64,000 nt of DNA from Bilabrum cf. latius (Eukaryota), in assembly GCA_965178125.1 (NCBI GenBank), contig OZ237761.1, forward strand, positions 372,001 through 436,000. Reading direction: 5' to 3'. Position numbers and translations under genes: made by a program. The notes under the pieces were generated by a model. That model ran no database searches. It was not told where the DNA came from and worked only from the letters and a program-made list of their open reading frames with translations. Every line of letters starts with the position of its first letter. Position 1 is the first letter of the stretch. Shown here piece after piece: positions 26,601 through 38,458 of the stretch.

Positions 26601-28475
26601 AGGCACAGCTGATTGTCAGGGAACTCTACACCCGAGAATTCGATGCCCTCATCCCTGTACACCTTCTCCTCGGATCGGAACACGGAGAGATTGAAGAGGT
26701 TCTGCAGCTTCTCGTTGGCGTAGTTGATGAAGAGCTGCTCGAAGCCGTTGGTGGCCATGTTTTCAAAGCCGTAGATGTCCAAGATGCCTACGAATGGAAG
26801 CGAGGTGACCTCACTAGCTGCTAGCTTGCCGCTGGCAGCACCACTCGAGTCCCCATCGCTGTCGTCCAGCAAGGCATCGTTGATAAATCGGATCATCCAG
26901 TCGAACAATCGGCTGTACATGGCCTTGCAGAGGGCCCCTCGCGCAGCGGCTGCCTTCGTCGGGGACAGCGGCGAGTCGATGTCACCATCGGCGGTGTGGA
27001 TCACCCTGACAGTGAGCCCCTTCGCGAGGGCGTCAGGCTCCACGCCAAGCAGCTTGGATGCGAATGCAAGCGCGGTGCTGCTTTCTGCCTAGGTCGATAT
27101 GCGACTGGCATCGGCAGATCCTGCCCCGCTGGTTGGCGGGCGCTCCTTTTCTGCCCGCCCGTGTCCTTGACCGTGACATGCCTCAACAGCAAGCTGCTGC
27201 AGATGCAGGATGGACGCAAGCACGCGGTTCATCTCCATGGCCTAGCCCGATGACATGCCGAGCGTGCTGAGTGCGTGCTGCGTGTCATCCCACTCCTTCT
27301 TGTCGTCGATCCCCCTGACCTCGCAGCAGGCGCCACCTACGAGGGCACGGAATTCGCTGGCCTCACGGCCCTCGAGCCCAAGCTCACGCCGCGCCTCTGC
27401 TCCAGCTCCCGCGATGAGCTGGTAGAAAATGTGATAGTTGCGCTCATCACGGCCCTGCCCCACCACCCTTGATTTCTCAAGGAGGTAGTTGGTCACAGTG
27501 GCCCCCTCGATCACGGGGTGAGAGGCGGCAGACATCCCGCTACTGCCGGCGGCACCTGCTGCACCCGCGCTGCCCCCGCCGCCCGCCCCAGAGAAAAATA
27601 CCCGCACGAACTTTCCGAACCGCGAGGAGTTGTTATTACGCGTGGTTTTTGCGTTGCCGAAGGCCTCCATGACCGGGTTGGATTCCATGATGCGCTGTGC
27701 GACTGCGTCTCCCTGTGTCCTGCTAGCCACTCGAGAGAGGTAAGAGAGAATCAGCTTGGTGGTTTCCGTCTTTCCTGCCCCCGATTCGCCACATATGATA
27801 ACGCTAGAAGATTTTCCTTCTTCTTTGAGACATTCGAGGGTTGCTTCCCCTGTCGCGAAGCAGTGCGGTGGCAGCGTCGATCGGCCCCGAGCACCTGCTC
27901 TGTGGTACGTCGCCGTGATTTCATCATTGTACAGGTCTAGCCACTTGTACGGGTTAAGGGCAATCAGTATGGGCCCTGTAGAAGTGTAGATAAGGTCCTT
28001 CATGAAGCGCTTCTTAATGTTGGCCAAAATGGAAGCCCTGCGAGCCGGAATCGAATCAACAGAAAGACACTCTTGGGAGCTTAAAGCAACCGTTTCGGGA
28101 GATGCGGTGATAAACATGGTATTTGAGCACGGATAGAGCCACTAAGCATTCTCACTCGTGCAAATGTGTCAAGTTATCCATATTTTCTACCCCCGCATCA
28201 CCCAATGCTTCACCGTCTTCCCGCGGAAGCAATCGAATGACATCAGTTACGCCACGCTTTGACTTGCTGGTTCGACGCTTTGGAACGACTTTGGGAACCT
28301 TTACTTTGCTACCATCGGTGGATATACGGACGTGAACGGCAGAGTCATCGATAGCAGTCACTGAGGCAGGGACAAACGCATCCGTAGCATCTGAGACCCA
28401 AACCGTATCGCCTACAGCTAAGCTACTCAATGTAAACTCTAAGCTGGAAGGTGTATCTTCACCTGAACTTGCCAT
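17627..28475 (-). CDS. Unconventional myosin heavy chain with a very long helical/low-complexity tail, ~3576 aa
   Basis: N-terminal SH3-like VWV segment, P-loop GESGAGKT, switch I NNNSSRFG, switch II DIYGFE, FEQLFINYANEKLQ, HYAG, FVRCIK, GKTQVF and IQ-like LQSLLRGRRTR. Intron 28038-28155 gives HLHEASILANIKKRF. All downstream ORF pieces are in one frame, joined by about 16 TAGs; TGA stop. Confidence 0.93.
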
Positions 28476-28654
28476 CTAAGCCGCACAATTTGCCTCCGAT
28501 TGTTTGCAAACAGCTACCGACCTAACAGTACGTTATAATTGAATCTCGAATCTGATATATAATTTCAACTGCAACCTTCGAACCATCGCAGCACCGCAAC
28601 TCAAAATTTGTGCTGAGGTAGCGTAAATCAAGTATTGAAGTATCAATAATTAAG
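28476..28654. promoter_or_regulatory. Short AT-rich divergent intergenic region (putative bidirectional promoter)
   Basis: 179 bp between the head-to-head myosin and GTPase starts. Confidence 0.45.
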
Positions 28655-31600
28655 ATGTCAACGCCACCTGAGGGTAGACGAAGCCGCGGAAGTGGTCGCC
28701 ACCAGCGCATCCGAGGCGCTACCTCTGCGCCTCGCGGAGAGCGCTATCGCGATGCGACTTTGCGATAGGACCATTACGGTAGAAGTGAAGCTCGGAATAC
28801 AAGAGATTCGGGCGGAGTGCCCCGCTAGTCGGGCATTGAGACCGCAAGTGGAGGCTTGCCGTCAACCGGAGCTGCTGCACAGCGTAGCCAAGAGTCTCCC
28901 AGCGATCGTCAAGCCTCGGACGCGGTCCAAACCACGGGAGGCTCGCCAGATTTTGCTGCTGGGGGTGTCTCAGCCGAGTATTTTGCGGAAATATCCAGGC
29001 TCGCGGACACGACAGGGACCGGAGCGGTGGGAGACATTCAATCTGAGATTCGTCGCGGCAGCGCTGCAGCCGGCACTGGCGTCTCCCCAGAGGTGCAGGA
29101 GGCCAGCGAAACTGAGAGGAGGCATGAAATCATCGCCCTGGGTGAATCGAGACTCGTGCTAAACCTCGGAAACTGGCGCAGGTTCCGAGAGACTGCCATC
29201 CGCGAGCGCGACCGCCAGACGCTCGTGGTCTCATGCCTCGGAGACACGAGCGCGGGCAAGAGCCACACCATCTTGTCCCTCCTGGGCGCCGGCGAAGAAG
29301 GGCCCTACTGCCCGCCTACAGGTGCGGCACAGGGTGCCACCACCTTCAACGTCAACCTGTACCAGAGCCGCACCTACCACCCCAAGGTGACCGTCAACTT
29401 TGTCGACTACGAGGGCGAAAACGGCTCGGACACGCCCTCCATGGCCGCCGTGCGCTCCCTGCACAACGCAGGACCGTCAAACGTGGCCCGCCACACCGCA
29501 GTGAGGGACTACTTCCCCACGCTGGCGTACACCACCTCGGATGTTGTCATCGTCATATCCAGGGAACCATTCACCAACCGACAGTACCTGAGCAGGTGCG
29601 TGGAGCTGAGCAAACGGGCCAACCGGGGGGTGCAAAACGTGGACAGGCCGGCCTTGGTGCTGGTAGGGAACAAGCTACCGGGGCAGGAGTGCCACTTCAA
29701 GGTGGAGAAGAGCACGCTGCAGTTCTTCAGGACGTGGGGCAAGCAGGCAGCGAAGCTGGACGAGTTCTTTTCTGCCGTCTTTTGCTTCTATCTGCCCCAC
29801 CGAGGTTCCGCCTGGATGGAACCAGCCTCACTGGCCGAGGCAAACGGCACAGCTGGCGCGGAAGCGCCCACCATGCCGGGCTCACCGCGGCAGGTGAGCG
29901 GGGAAAAGATGTTCCGGCGGCAGCTGCGGAAGATTAGAGCGGTTCTGGAAGGCTTTGCGCGGGAGAGGTTTAGCAAGTCCAGCGGTGACGTGGTGCGGTC
30001 TGGCCTCGGGTCATTGGATGGGGCGGGTGACCCCAGCGGGGCCAAGACGCCAGCTGAAGTGCTCGGTAAGCTGGGCGGTGGGGAGCTGGGTGGATCTGCG
30101 AGGCCCTCTGATCTAGATGGTAGTGCGGAGGATAGGGAGTCTGGGCTCTCCGCCTCCAGCGGTGCAGGCGGGTCCGTTGGGGACGCGTCGTCGGAGGGTG
30201 GAAGCAGCGTGAAATCCGAGGCTGCGGCAAGGAGAGAGCGCGAGCTAGCGTCCATGCACAGGCCGAGGCTGCTCACGCAGCAGTCCACCCTTTGGTATTC
30301 TCTCCTGCCCGCTGTCTTGCGGGAGCTCAACAACGGCAGGGGCGTGGACGTGACCAGGCTCATCGACCAGGCTTGGGCCAGGCAGCTGGTCACCGTCAAG
30401 GCCGGCGACGAGAACGATGTGGACGCGATCCACGCCCTCAACACATTTGTGGCTCCGGATCCATCGCTCTCGGACGCCTCGCAGTTCCCCGAGCTGGAGA
30501 GGCTGTGGAGGTACAGGGCCAGGAGGGCGATGATGCTGGACGTGGCGGTGCGGCTGGCGGCCTGCCGCCTACGGTGGCTGGACCCATCCGTGTTGGTGCC
30601 GGAGAAGACCACGCGGTTTGCAGAGAGATTGCTTCGCAAGTCGCGCGAGCTCCTGGACAGCCTGGCGCCGTGCTGTGCGCTCTACGACACAGAAGGGGCG
30701 TCCACCACTGCGAGCGAGAGGCCGGGTAAGCCCGTGCTGTGCCTCCAGGAGCGAAGGTCGCACTCGGTGCATCGCACGTGCCGCACGGTCACGGGAGGCA
30801 AGGGAATTTTCGGCCTGCCTAACTTCTACTTTATACCCTATAATGACACGTGGACGGGTGAGTTCAAGGCACCCACAGACGACGCACTGGATCGGCTCGA
30901 GCGCAAGTTCAGGTCTGGGACAAGAGGCAAGGCGCTGGTGGCGCCCAGGCCCACTCTTCTGGGCACCCGGGCGGGGGAGGAGGCGGAGGAGGAGGCGGTG
31001 GCTCGCGGAGATATGACCGAGCTGACATCGGCCGTGGATGTGCTGCTCGCGGGCAGCGGTGTGGACGGTGCGGCGGGCAGTGTCGGCGATGGTGATGGTG
31101 ATGGTGATGGAGGCGTGGCAAGAGGGGGGGTCGATGGCGGTGCTGGGGACAGGGATCCGGGCATCGGAAGCGCGGTGCCGTTCTCGACCTCGTCGCCTTC
31201 AATTTCGTCGTCCTCAGCCACTTCCTCCTAGGCGGGTTCAGGCAGCGGCGTGGTGGCGCCCGCGGTTCCGCTGGGACGACGAACCTCCAGGGAACCTTCG
31301 GTTAGGTCGCAGGTCAAGGAGGTGCTGGCTCTGGTACGCCTATCGGACCGGGAATTCCTTGAGGAGCTGCTTCGGTTCCAGGAGAGGCATACAACGGCCC
31401 TTGCATGCGTGGGCTTCGTCCCCATCCGGCGCGGCAGGCGAAGGGACATAGAAAGGGGGGTTGTGCCTGGGCTGCGTGAGGGGTCGATGGGGGATGCAGA
31501 GGGGGGGGGAGACTCCAGCGACTCTGACTCTGACTCGGAATCAGATTCCGGGTCGGAGATGGGGGCCGGCGGTGCGGCTGGGGACGATGATGTTGGTGAC

Positions 31601-32380
31601 AGTCGAGGCCCCGGCTCGGACGGCCTGCTAAGACCATGCGATCCGGTGCAGGACTAGGTTCACGCGCGACTGAGGCTGCTGTCCACGCTGCCTGCGTCCA
31701 TATGGGTGCCTTATTGCCTTGGCTGCGGGGTGAAGGTGGAGGGGAGGGGGGCGAGCGGGTCTCTTGAGGAGTCGGGGGGCGACGGGCTAGGGGACCTCGG
31801 GGAAGACTTGGGTGGGTCTGGAAGTGGGGGCGGGCTCATGGGCGGCATCTCTGACCTGTTCTCCTGGATGGTGGGGGCGGGCGCTGGAGGCAGCGGGGAG
31901 GGAGAGGGGGCTGCCGGCTCTGAGGTTGCAACCATGTCAATGCAGAGGCAGATGAAGAGCCTGAGCCTGGGCTCGAGCGGGAGCGGTGGGGGGAGCGGCT
32001 GGTCGGATGGTGCGGGGGCGGGTAGTGGTGACGCGGAGGACATGGCAGTGGCACTGTCCAGCTCGGAGGGGCCCAGTGCGGTGGGCGGGCTGGGACGGGG
32101 GGCGGGGGCGGGACCAGAGGGCAGCCAGGGGTCCGGGTATGGCTCTGGGAATGGCTCTAGCTCGCTGGACGGGTCGCCGATTCGGGGGAGCGGTTCGCCC
32201 GGGCGCTCTGTGAGCGGGCCTACCAGGTAGAATGTGTGGCTGGGCCTGTGCAAGCGGTGCTGGCGGGCGTCGTACTTGGAGCCAGTGTACCGTGAGGCCG
32301 CCCGGAGGCGGGGACGAGGCGCGCCAGCGGACGGATCGGGTGCTGATTGTCCCGGCAGCGAAGGCGGTCGGTTCGATTGA
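28655..32380 (+). CDS. Large P-loop GTPase-like protein (GBP/RHD3/DFCP1-like motifs) with Cys-rich C-terminal motifs, ~1241 aa
   Basis: G1 VSCLGDTSAGKS, G2 TT, G3 DYEG, SDVVI and G4-like GNKL. One frame from ATG 28655 to TGA 32378-32380 with 5 TAGs. CxxC pairs YCLGC and LCKRC. Confidence 0.8.
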
Positions 32381-32436
32381 ATGGTGGATTCATGGTTTTA
32401 CATAAGCCAGACGAACGCAAGTATTGTGCCGGCAAT

Positions 32437-33081
32437 TCATAGCTCAACGTTTTTGGCGGCTGGCGCGACTGCCGACAGCTGCTCCCGCAGGAACGCGGAC
32501 CCTGCAGCCGTGTATTCTTCGATCACACTCTTTACACCAACAAATGCAAGAGTATCAAACTGAAAGAACTCGAGAGCAACGGCATGGGCCATGCCTAACC
32601 CGATGACAGCGATCATCGCGATGAGGATCCGTACGTGCAGCTTGAAGCCAGGCATTCGCCCGCTGCCACCCTTGAGAGCACCATGAAAGTAGCTGCTCGA
32701 GGCGTAGTAATATGCTGCGGTAAACACAACTCCTAGAGTCCAGTGCGCGAAGAAGTGGACCATTCCCATCAGCAGCATAGCCACCGGGAACCACTCGATC
32801 CGGTTCTGCTCTGCACGGCTCGCACGCACCCACTGCTTCATTGTTTCTGCCAGCTCGGCGACAGGTGGGCACTCAGTCTTTTTGTCTCCCTTCTTGAGCC
32901 TCTCAGCGTGGCGCTCAGCTTCGTCAAGGCAAGAATCCTCGCAGCTCGGAGGCGATGCGGGTACCTGCTTCTTGCTCGCGTAACGAAACTTTGCAGCCTT
33001 GGTCATGAAGCCTGTCAGTTGCAAAGAAAGCACAATAGAGCACACTCCGAAAGGCACGGCATCGACGACTCTCATACTCAT
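32437..33081 (-). CDS. MAPEG family membrane protein (microsomal GST / LTC4 synthase-like)
   Basis: RASRAEQNRIEWFP resembles the MAPEG RxxRAHxNxxE motif; about four hydrophobic segments; no internal TAG; TGA stop. Confidence 0.75.
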   Translation of the reverse strand: MSMRVVDAVPFGVCSIVLSLQLTGFMTKAAKFRYASKKQVPASPPSCEDSCLDEAERHAERLKKGDKKTECPPVAELAETMKQWVRASRAEQNRIEWFPVAMLLMGMVHFFAHWTLGVVFTAAYYYASSSYFHGALKGGSGRMPGFKLHVRILIAMIAVIGLGMAHAVALEFFQFDTLAFVGVKSVIEEYTAAGSAFLREQLSAVAPAAKNVEL

Positions 33082-33239
33082 GCTTTCGGTGTGACCGGAA
33101 AAACTATTTGGTGCGACCAGAGCGACGTGTACCTTCCGGAGCTTGCGACCGCTGCAGGCAAGAGCTTTGATCCGATCACGCGTGCTCGTTCACTGTAAAT
33201 GGCATTCATTTCAGAATAAGCAGAACAAGTCACCTAGTC
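33082..33239. promoter_or_regulatory. Short divergent intergenic region (putative bidirectional promoter)
   Basis: 158 bp between the head-to-head MAPEG and HORMA gene starts. Confidence 0.4.
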
Positions 33240-35647
33240 ATGATGAAACAAGCGATCAGGCAGAAAGCTAAGTCTTCGACTAAGCAGGGCTTGACTAGTC
33301 AGCAGAGCCTTTCGTTCGTTCGCAACACTGTGCGAGCGGCGGTGAGAGCGAGCAGTCGGAAGCTACTCAGCAACCGACGATCGCCAGAACTAGAACACTT
33401 TGAAGCATTTCGCTAGAACAATATCGCAGGTTGGAGAACTAACATACCTTCGGGGCCTCTTTGATGACTCGAGCTACGGAGACAAGCTCACAAAGATGGG
33501 AGGAGTGCGCGTTCACCAGCTGCCGCGCATCTCCCCAGAGCGCGCAGAGGAGCTGAAAAAAGACGAAGGCAAGCTTCTGGAGCTTAGTGAAGAGCTGAAT
33601 GCTTCTCCAGAGGCTCTTCGTCTTAGCCTCTGGCTGGAGACTGGAGCATTCGAGGCTCTGGAGAAGGGATATTTGCGCTCGCTCTGCCTCGCAATCTACA
33701 AGACGAACAAGGAGCTGCGCAAGAAGGGGGACCACGGAGATCACATTCCTGTGGCAGAGCTGCAAAAGAATAAGCTCCTTGAGGCTTTCGTCTTCAAGTT
33801 CAAGTATCCGAGCAAGGGGGAGGTGTCGGTGGAGCTGGAGGGCCAGGGATCGAGCAAGTTCTCGGCGACGTCAGTGGCCCAGTCCGCCTTCCAAGTGGTT
33901 CGCATGCTAATCAGCACGCTAAATACCATGCCTCCTTTGCCAGAAGAGAGGATTCTCTCCATGTCGCTGCACTACTACGACGAGATCGTGCCTGCCGGCT
34001 GGCAGCCTGCCTTCTTCCAGGACTCTACAGGGATGACCGTGCACACCTTCGACAGGGCACCAACGAAAGTGCGATGTGGCTCTGCAAAAAGTGCCCATCA
34101 TTCAATCGCACTGAGGGTTGCTTCTATCTACAACGACCCGGACGCGCTCTCGGACGACGGCGGCTCTGAGGCAGCAGCTTCGGTGGGTTCGGAGGAACAG
34201 GCAGGCTCGGCTTCATCGTCCAGCTCGTCATCTTCCTCGTCATCTTCCTCGTCATCTTCATCAGCTGCTGCCGCGGCCGGTGCCGCATCCTCAGCGCCCC
34301 CCTCTTCGGCACCGTCGGGCGGCTCCTCGCCTGCCCGCGATGCCGACGCAGCCGAGGTGGTCCTCATGCCAGCCAAGTCCGTGCCAGTGAGTACATCACA
34401 ATCCCTTAAGAGCTCAACACAGTGGACAGTAATACGGTTTAACTTGTTCCCTCCTTCCATGTCTCGATATGTCTCGCAGAAGTCGGCTCTGGTGTGGCGC
34501 AACTTCATCCGTCAAGAGGTGCTTACCACGGGCAACTGCGCGATCTCAGTGAGAGTGGCACCACGCACAGAAATGAGACTAAGACTCGCTCATCATCTAG
34601 TTCAGTAGCACCACCATGTGCTGCCACTTCCCATCACCTATCACCGCAGCACATGCTCGGGGCGTGTGGAGGGCGCATGACCAAGCAAGCCATCCTGACG
34701 CACCTCAGGGCCCTCGCAGCTGAGGGCCTTCTCACAGAGAAGAGGCACGGGCCACACCGGTCCTTCGTCCTGGCAGATGGAATAGTCATCGGCGGGGTGG
34801 ATCAAGGCAAATCAGCCTCAGGAGGTGCGGCTGCCGCTGAGTCCGAGGCCTCCGAGCAGGCCAGGCAGCTCTTCTTCCACGCCGTCACGTGGCTCGTGCT
34901 GAACCAGAGCTCGGAGTTCGCGACCGCAAAGGGGCTGGAGCGAGCCATGAAATCGAAGGGAATGGCAGTCTCTCGCGCGATCATGGAGACACTGACCAGG
35001 CGGCTGTAGGAGTACGGCGTGCTGCACGACACCGTGGCAGCGACCAGGCACAGAGGCCGGTGAGGCAATCTACTGGAGGTTGGACTGCTGCGCACGTCGC
35101 ATAAAGCAGCACACAGTCTTACTTTGTACACTGTTTCATTCCTGTTTCTCTTTCCCCTGTTTGTTTTGCTTACTCTCGCAGGGAGGTATCTCGCACCGAC
35201 GAGATCGTGGCGCTGGCCCGCCTGATGGAGTCGCACCTCGAGGGCGAGGACGAGGGGCCACTCCCGTCTGTGGCGGAGCTCATCAAGGAAGTGCAGGGTG
35301 GGAGATCACCTGGAGTGGCAGGATCCCCGGCCTCGGGAACCACGGGGCCTCCCAGCCCGTTCATCCGCCGCAGGCGTGGGGGCGTGATCTCGAGCATGGG
35401 CAAAGGGAGGGTGAGCGCTAGCATAGCGGCTCCTGGAGGCAGCATCAGTGCAAGGGAGACCCCGCTGCAATCCACCGTAAAGAAGTCAATGAGGTTGAAG
35501 CGCAAGCGGGGAGACGATGGGTTCGGCAAGGAGGAAGGCAGCCCGCTCAGCGCCGAAAGCCAGCCGGGCGGGTCCAGTCCCAGGAGCGAAGCTCCCGCCA
35601 AGGCGGTCCATCCCCCTGTTTCCAGGAAGCGTACCCGCCTGTTTTGA
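33240..35647 (+). CDS. HOP1: HORMA-domain protein, meiotic Hop1/HORMAD/ASY1-like, with winged-helix-like segments, ~667 aa
   Basis: Exons 33240-33341, 33430-34386, 34480-34548, 34650-35059 and 35182-35647. Motifs QSLSFVRN...ELTYLRGLF, GAFEALEKGYLR, LLEAFVFKFKY, LPEERILSMSLHYYDEIVPAGWQPAFF. TAG at 35007 in RRL*EYGVL; TGA stop. Intron 34387-34479 is in frame and inferred from splice signals only. Confidence 0.85.
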
Positions 35648-35812
35648 TCCTGGCCTTCTAAGCTGGACTCTATTCGCTTGATTTGTACATCTTCTACTGT
35701 TTGCGACCGAATTGTGTCTGCCGAAAAGTGGTTGCGACCGCTTCTGAACGGACTCACCGAATCACAACAACAACAGAATCACGCCAGCCTGCGAGATAAT
35801 CCTGTATTTTCA

Positions 35813-37567
35813 ATGAGCGCTGCTGGAAACAGACCGTCTGCACCCCCACGGAGCCGCCCTCAGGCACCTGATCGCGATCAGAGTTCGTTGCAAGATGGCC
35901 TCGCACAGTTGAGCACGGATGCTTCGGCGGACTCTGTGCAGTTTCAACGAACGCCAGCCCCCCTTCCAGTTTCACCTCAAGGAAACATGCTCCCTGCTGC
36001 GATTGAAGAGGAGGACGAGGAAGGAAGCGAGGGTGATTCGGAACCCTCGGAAGACAGGCGGGCCGAGGATCCAGAGCCCAAGCTTCCACGCGTGCCCAGC
36101 GTTCGTTTTGCGGACGAAGTGTAGACAGCTGATATTGGATAGGATGAACCCGTCGAGACATCTGCGGGAGGCCCGCCGAGGCCGCTGTCTCTATCCAAGA
36201 TCCATACGCCAACCAAGGACCCGCGGCATCCAACCGCTTCTCACCTGACGCCGCACCCTTCGGCGGACCGATCCACCTTTTCTCCCAGCTCCGTATCTTT
36301 GCATGGTGCTAGTTCTGCCATTCGAGGGCGAGCGTCGGCTGAGGCTGCCGCTCGGCACATGCCTGCTCCGCGGCATTTTCAGTCGGCCGCTCGAAGCGAG
36401 GCTGCAGGGGGTGGCGAGGCGGGCAACGACGAGCACCTCCCCCGATTTCCGCTCAAGCGCGACGTCTGGCGAGCGCCAAACGCTCGCCGAGACGCAAGCG
36501 CGCTGGGAGGGCCCTCCTTCGGCACGAGGAGGTCGCAGGCGACGGCTTAGGAGTACAGCGAGAGGAGGACAACAGAGCTGGCCAGGGTGTTCGCCCTGCT
36601 CGACGAGGACGCCGATGGGCTGCTGGATGTGGATTAGATGAGGATTTTTGTCGCCGCGGCGGGGTTCGCACCCACGCCCCAGTTTCTGCAGAAGGTCATT
36701 GACGCGACCCCTCGCCGGTGGGCGCACAACGGCATCGATTTTGACACGGTGGTCGCGGCTCTCGAAACGAGGGCAGAGGATGAGCCCCTGTCTGAAGATG
36801 ACCTTGCGCACCTCCTGCGGGTGTCCTGCGGGCCTGCATGGCAGGCATCTTCGGCGCGGCAGGCCATGCAGGCGGAGGGCGAGGCGGAGCGACAGGCTGT
36901 GCAGCTGGCAGCCAGCGAGAGGGAGGGCAAGGAAGGAGGGGGTTCCGCACGAGGCGCCGCGCGTTCCGCGGGGTCCGAGTCGGTTCGATCCAAGATCAGG
37001 AATGGTGGTCTATCTCGGTGCGTGGCCCCGTCAGAGCACGCCATGCGGCTGCTGAGCGGGATCGAAACGCAGGTGCAGTCGAGGCTGACAGCATCGGAAG
37101 CAGAGACGCTGCTGAGCAGCGCCGGCGCCTTTGCTGTAAGCAAGGAAGGGACGCAGGAGCCATCCATGGACGTGCTGGATTTCGTTGCGTTCTTGTCATC
37201 GGGCTACACGAGGCACGTGAGGTCACATCGCCCCGAGGTACCGTACCAGCTGAGCCCCACTGCAGAAGCAGCCAAGAAGGCGAGAGCGGAGAGGCAGGCA
37301 AGGGAGGGAGGCGGGAAGCAGGATGCATCGCAGGGCGGTACAAGCGGGGGTTCATCTCCCATCGCGTTCCGAGTGGGCGCAACGAAGGCTGGTGCTGGGC
37401 AACGATCCGGTTAGGGCGGCAAAGCCGGCCAGTCCAAGCCACCGAGCGCGCTGGCGAGGCTGACCGCAAGCAGCTTTGACGGAGACAGGGTGGCTGCCAC
37501 GGACCCGGAGGACTTCCTGAAGAAAGCGGCCGAGCTGGAGGCCAGGGCAGCCAAGCTGGGCATGTGA
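35813..37567 (+). CDS. Protein with a degenerate EF-hand (calmodulin/centrin-like) region, ~584 aa
   Basis: One frame from ATG 35813 to TGA 37565-37567 with 5 TAGs; ELARVFALLDEDADGLLDVD*MRIFV, GIDFDTVV and MDVLDFVAFL. Confidence 0.7.
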
Positions 37568-38458
37568 CTTCCGTTTGGATCGCTGAGAGGTGTTCGGATT
37601 TTGGTGTGTACGCTTGCCGACAGGCCGGCTGATGACGTAGCTGCATGATTCATTTGATCTGACGTACCCGTACTATGGGCAAGCAAATACAATCGGATCT
37701 GGTAGATACGGATCATACGGATCGGATCAGTGCTTTGGGACGAGAGCGCGCGCATCCAATCCTTCAGGATCACACAACCAGCACACTCACCAGCACCCCG
37801 AAGCCGGATCCATTGCCTTTTCTCCCTGTTCTTACCGCCACTAGAAGCCTGCATGTAGGCCCAAAAGGGGCGCCTACTCGCACGCAGACCGCCCTCTCGT
37901 CCTCTGTATCCCATAGAAACACCCGCTGCCCCCGTGCGTTGCTGCCAACGCCCCGTGCGTGGGCCAGCGGAACCACCAGTCGGCCCAAAGCTGGCCTAGC
38001 CTTGTCGAGTGGTTGCCGGTTGCAGCTGCCGATTCACTGGCGAAGGACACTGCTTGGTGTCGAGTAAAATTAAGCGGAGGCGTGTTGGTGCAGCATCGGG
38101 ATTTAGTGTAGACTATAACGTTGGTCGCCAAAGGTCGCCAACGATGGTCGCACGCGAAGGTAGTTCTACCTGGTGCTACCTGGTGCTACCTGGTAGGCAC
38201 GATAAGAACGCAAATCTAACGCTGCTCGAGCATGGCAAGCACCCATACAGTCGGCCTAGACATAATATTCTACGGTGGGCGGCGAGATCAGCGAAACAGC
38301 TGGTGGAAAGTGCTGCTGCAGATGTGTCCAAAATAGAAGATGAAGATATACACCGAGTCCATTTCAAAAGGGACAGAAATCTCTCCCATACAGGGCACCC
38401 CATCGTTTCATTTCTCAAGCCCTGATATAAAACCCGAAGCGAGGTGTCTAGCAAGGGA

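Noticed and set aside
37568-38458. Small ORFs between the EF-hand gene and paralogue 1
   Set aside because: No homology cues or coding-like bias; treated as intergenic, though a short gene or ncRNA cannot be excluded.
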